From: Gemmatimonadales bacterium
GTDB lineage: Bacteria; Gemmatimonadota; Gemmatimonadetes; Longimicrobiales; Gaopeijiaceae
Length of the DNA: 64,000 nucleotides
Assembly: GCA_050485865.1 (NCBI GenBank)
Contig: JBJHCE010000003.1
Span: 1,506 to 65,505 of the forward strand
Direction of reading: 5' to 3'
The notes beneath the pieces were generated by a model, which did no database searches, had not been told where the DNA came from, and was given only the letters and a program-made list of their open reading frames with translations. Shown here piece after piece: positions 61,679-64,000 of this stretch (position 1 is the first letter of the stretch; each line of letters starts with the position of its first letter). The position numbers were made by a program, and so were the translations under genes.

Positions 61679-63160
61679 ATGCGAACCCTTATCGCGGTAC
61701 CTGTGGCGGCCGCGCTCCTTCTCTCCCTCGCGCATGCCGGCGAGACGCGGGCAGCCACCGTGCACCCCCACCCCGATCTGACCCGGGTCACTTCCGATAC
61801 CGCCTCCCTGCCGGGAAGCTGGCAGGGAACCCTTTCGATCGGGGGAACGTCGCTGCGCCTGGTCCTCCACCTCGTTCGGGGCGACGACGGAGCCCTCTCC
61901 GCCACCCTCGACTCTCCCGACCAGGGGGCGCGGGGGATCCCCGCCGGCTCGGTGCGGTTCGCCGAGGGGCTCCTGACGGTGGAGATTCCGGCCGTGGGCG
62001 CGCGCCTCGAGGCCGAGCCCGTGGACCGGGACCACATGAGCGCCCGGTTCCACCAGGGGACCTCGGACTTCCCCCTCGAGCTCGTTCGGGTCACGGGTGA
62101 CCTGGCCCCCGCACGGCCCCAGAACCCCGAACCTCCCTTTCCCTACCATGCGGAAGACGTGGAGTACCCGAACCCGGGAGCGGGCATCACCCTGGCCGGG
62201 ACCCTGACGGTGCCGGAAGGGGCGGGCCCCTTTCCCGCCGTGGCGCTCATTTCGGGGTCCGGGGCGCAGGACCGGAACTCCGAGGTCTTCGAGCACAAGC
62301 TCTTCCTGGTCCTTGCCGACCACCTGACCCGTCGCGGGATCGCCGTGCTCCGGTCCGATGACCGGGGGGTGGGGGCGTCGGGAGGGGACTTCGCCTCGGC
62401 CACGTCGGCGGATTTCGCCACCGATGCCGCGGCGGCGGTGGCGTACCTCCGCACCCGCCCCGAGGTGGACGCCTCCGCCGTGGGCCTCGTCGGGATGAGC
62501 GAGGGAGGGCTCATTGCCCCCCTGGTCGCCGTGGAGCACGGCGGGGTGGACTTCCTCGTGCTGATGGCGGGGCCCGGAGTGAACGGAGGCGAGGTCGTGC
62601 TCCGGCAATCCGAGCTCATCTCCCGTGCGAACGGAATCCCGGAAGAGACGATCGCCCGGAACCTTGCACAGACGGGCGAACTCTTCCGGATCCTTCGCGA
62701 GGAGGAGGACGCGGCGGTCCGGAACGAGCGCCTCGCCGCGGCCCTTCGGGCCACCTTCGAGGGGCTGACCCCGGAGGAGCGCGCTGGAACCGGGATCCCC
62801 GCCGGACAGGAGGAAGCCTGGGTCCAGCAGCAGGTGGCCCAGCTCGGAAGCCCCTGGTTCCGGTACTTCCTTCTCCACGAGCCCGAGCCGGTGCTCCGGC
62901 AGGTGCAGGTGCCCGTGCTCGCGCTGAACGGCTCGCTGGACCTCCAGGTCGAGACGGCGCAGAACCTTCCGGTGATCGGGCGGGCGCTCCGCGAGGGTGG
63001 AAACCCGGACTTCACCACCGAGGAGCTCGAGGGGCTGAACCACCTCTTCCAGACGGCCCGGACGGGGAGCCCCGTGGAGTACGGCCAGATCGAGGAGACC
63101 ATGTCGCCCCGGGCCATGGAGCGGGTGGCGGCGTGGATCCTCGAGCGGTTCGGCAGGTAG
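61679..63160 (+). CDS. Secreted alpha/beta hydrolase
   Basis: Signal peptide, ISGSGAQDRN, nucleophile elbow GMSEGG, and LNGSLDLQV plus GLNHLF (Asp/His region). Confidence 0.8.
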   Translation: MRTLIAVPVAAALLLSLAHAGETRAATVHPHPDLTRVTSDTASLPGSWQGTLSIGGTSLRLVLHLVRGDDGALSATLDSPDQGARGIPAGSVRFAEGLLTVEIPAVGARLEAEPVDRDHMSARFHQGTSDFPLELVRVTGDLAPARPQNPEPPFPYHAEDVEYPNPGAGITLAGTLTVPEGAGPFPAVALISGSGAQDRNSEVFEHKLFLVLADHLTRRGIAVLRSDDRGVGASGGDFASATSADFATDAAAAVAYLRTRPEVDASAVGLVGMSEGGLIAPLVAVEHGGVDFLVLMAGPGVNGGEVVLRQSELISRANGIPEETIARNLAQTGELFRILREEEDAAVRNERLAAALRATFEGLTPEERAGTGIPAGQEEAWVQQQVAQLGSPWFRYFLLHEPEPVLRQVQVPVLALNGSLDLQVETAQNLPVIGRALREGGNPDFTTEELEGLNHLFQTARTGSPVEYGQIEETMSPRAMERVAAWILERFGR

Positions 63161-63175
63161 GGGCGGAGCCCTCGG

Positions 63176-63970
63176 CTACCCGGCCACGAGGGCGAAGTGG
63201 AGGCCGACGGGGTCGCGGACCGCGGCGTAGCTGACCGCTCCCTCGCTTCCCCGGGCCACTTTCACGACACTCCCCCCCTCTTCCTCGACCCGGCGGAGGC
63301 TCTCGGACAGGTCCGCCACCGTCAGGTAGAGGAGCCAGACCGGGGGGAGCCCGGTGTTCGCGCCCCGGGCGTGGCAGACGCCGCCCACGGCGTTTCCGTG
63401 TTCGCCCAGCATGGCGTAGTCGGCGTAGCCCTCGTCCCCGTCGGTCATCTCGACCTCGTGGACCGTCGACCCCACCACCGAGCGGTAGAAATCCCGGGTC
63501 CGGTCGGCGTCGGGTACGGTGAGGTCAAGCCAGCCGATCCGGCCCACCGGGGTGTCCGGGGCGGGCGCCCCGGGGCCCCCCACCGGAATCGCCTCTGCAG
63601 GCACCACCGGTATGAGTCCGAAAGCCGCCCCGTTCGGGTCCTGGAGCACCGCCCACTGGCTTCGCCCCTCGTCGTCCTTCGCGTGCGTGAGGACCGCGGC
63701 GCCGAGCGCTTCGGCCCGCTCCACGCTCGCCGCCACGTCCGCCACCTGGACGTGGGGCATCCACTGCCGCGGAAGCCCTGCGTACTCGGGGGAATCGGCG
63801 CCGAGCCCGATGATGGGGAGGCCCAGGTTGTTCATCAGGTCCTCCCGCCAGAGCGGGGCCTCGCCGGTGGAGAGGACCCGGGCGTAGAAGCGGACCTCCG
63901 CCTCGTGGTCCGGAACGGCCACGTCTGCGCTCAGCACGGCGCCGACCCCCGGAAGGAACGGCGCGGTCAT
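63176..63970 (-). CDS. VOC-family (glyoxalase/bleomycin-resistance-like) two-domain protein
   Basis: Two repeats of the beta-alpha-beta-beta-beta module (FYARVL...W.PHVQV.D and FYRSVVG....V.LYLTV.DL). Confidence 0.7.
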   Translation of the reverse strand: MTAPFLPGVGAVLSADVAVPDHEAEVRFYARVLSTGEAPLWREDLMNNLGLPIIGLGADSPEYAGLPRQWMPHVQVADVAASVERAEALGAAVLTHAKDDEGRSQWAVLQDPNGAAFGLIPVVPAEAIPVGGPGAPAPDTPVGRIGWLDLTVPDADRTRDFYRSVVGSTVHEVEMTDGDEGYADYAMLGEHGNAVGGVCHARGANTGLPPVWLLYLTVADLSESLRRVEEEGGSVVKVARGSEGAVSYAAVRDPVGLHFALVAG

Positions 63971-64000
63971 GATCCGCCCTCCGGCTGCGCTCTCGGTTCG

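Noticed and set aside
1-64000. Looked for tRNA/rRNA genes, CRISPR arrays, transposases, integrases, phage or defence-system genes
   Set aside because: There are no T-loop-like GGTTCGAATCC/GGATTCGAACC signatures, no regularly spaced direct repeats, and no ORF with DDE, tyrosine- or serine-recombinase, Cas or restriction-modification motifs. The window looks like core chromosome rather than a mobile island.

Overview
This is a very GC-rich, densely coding bacterial chromosomal segment in which third codon positions are almost all G/C. I call about 60 protein genes. By eye I found no rRNA, tRNA, CRISPR array, transposase, integrase or phage genes. All product names come from motifs I recognise in the translated ORFs, because no database search was possible. 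Many ORF-track entries are over-extended at the N terminus or are antisense 'shadow' ORFs typical of high-GC DNA. I re-set starts where a stop/start overlap (ATGA, GTGA, TGATG) with the upstream gene, a signal peptide or a domain boundary supports it.

The stand-out feature is a ~17.6 kb minus-strand gene train (17239-34869). It starts with a 3Fe-4S-type ferredoxin, an Mrp/NBP35 Fe-S carrier, a Zn-ribbon protein and an ABC-2 exporter. After a 444-bp leader come a tandem-USP protein, a NirJ/AhbD-like radical-SAM enzyme and an orphan, extended CydA-like (cytochrome bd subunit I superfamily) membrane protein with no CydB. These are followed by three membrane-anchored c-type cytochromes (five CxxCH in total, one fused to an EB_dh-type haem-b domain), a cupredoxin lipoprotein and a CoxII-I-III-IV haem-copper oxidase. 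The train ends with two uncharacterised membrane proteins. Four copies of a PCP_red-like domain are spread over three proteins of this cluster. I regard it as a candidate uncharacterised respiratory/haem-maturation system.

Other notable items:
- an srsABC-like type III PKS / methyltransferase / flavin monooxygenase operon
- a Rof-phosphinothricin-acetyltransferase fusion
- an ECF sigma / Ser-Thr kinase pair
- an arsR-acr3 pair
- an APC transporter-USP fusion with no canonical start codon
- a ~165-bp nested inverted repeat at a convergent gene junction
- a 20-bp AT-rich palindrome
- a pair of paralogous secreted proteins, one of them His-rich
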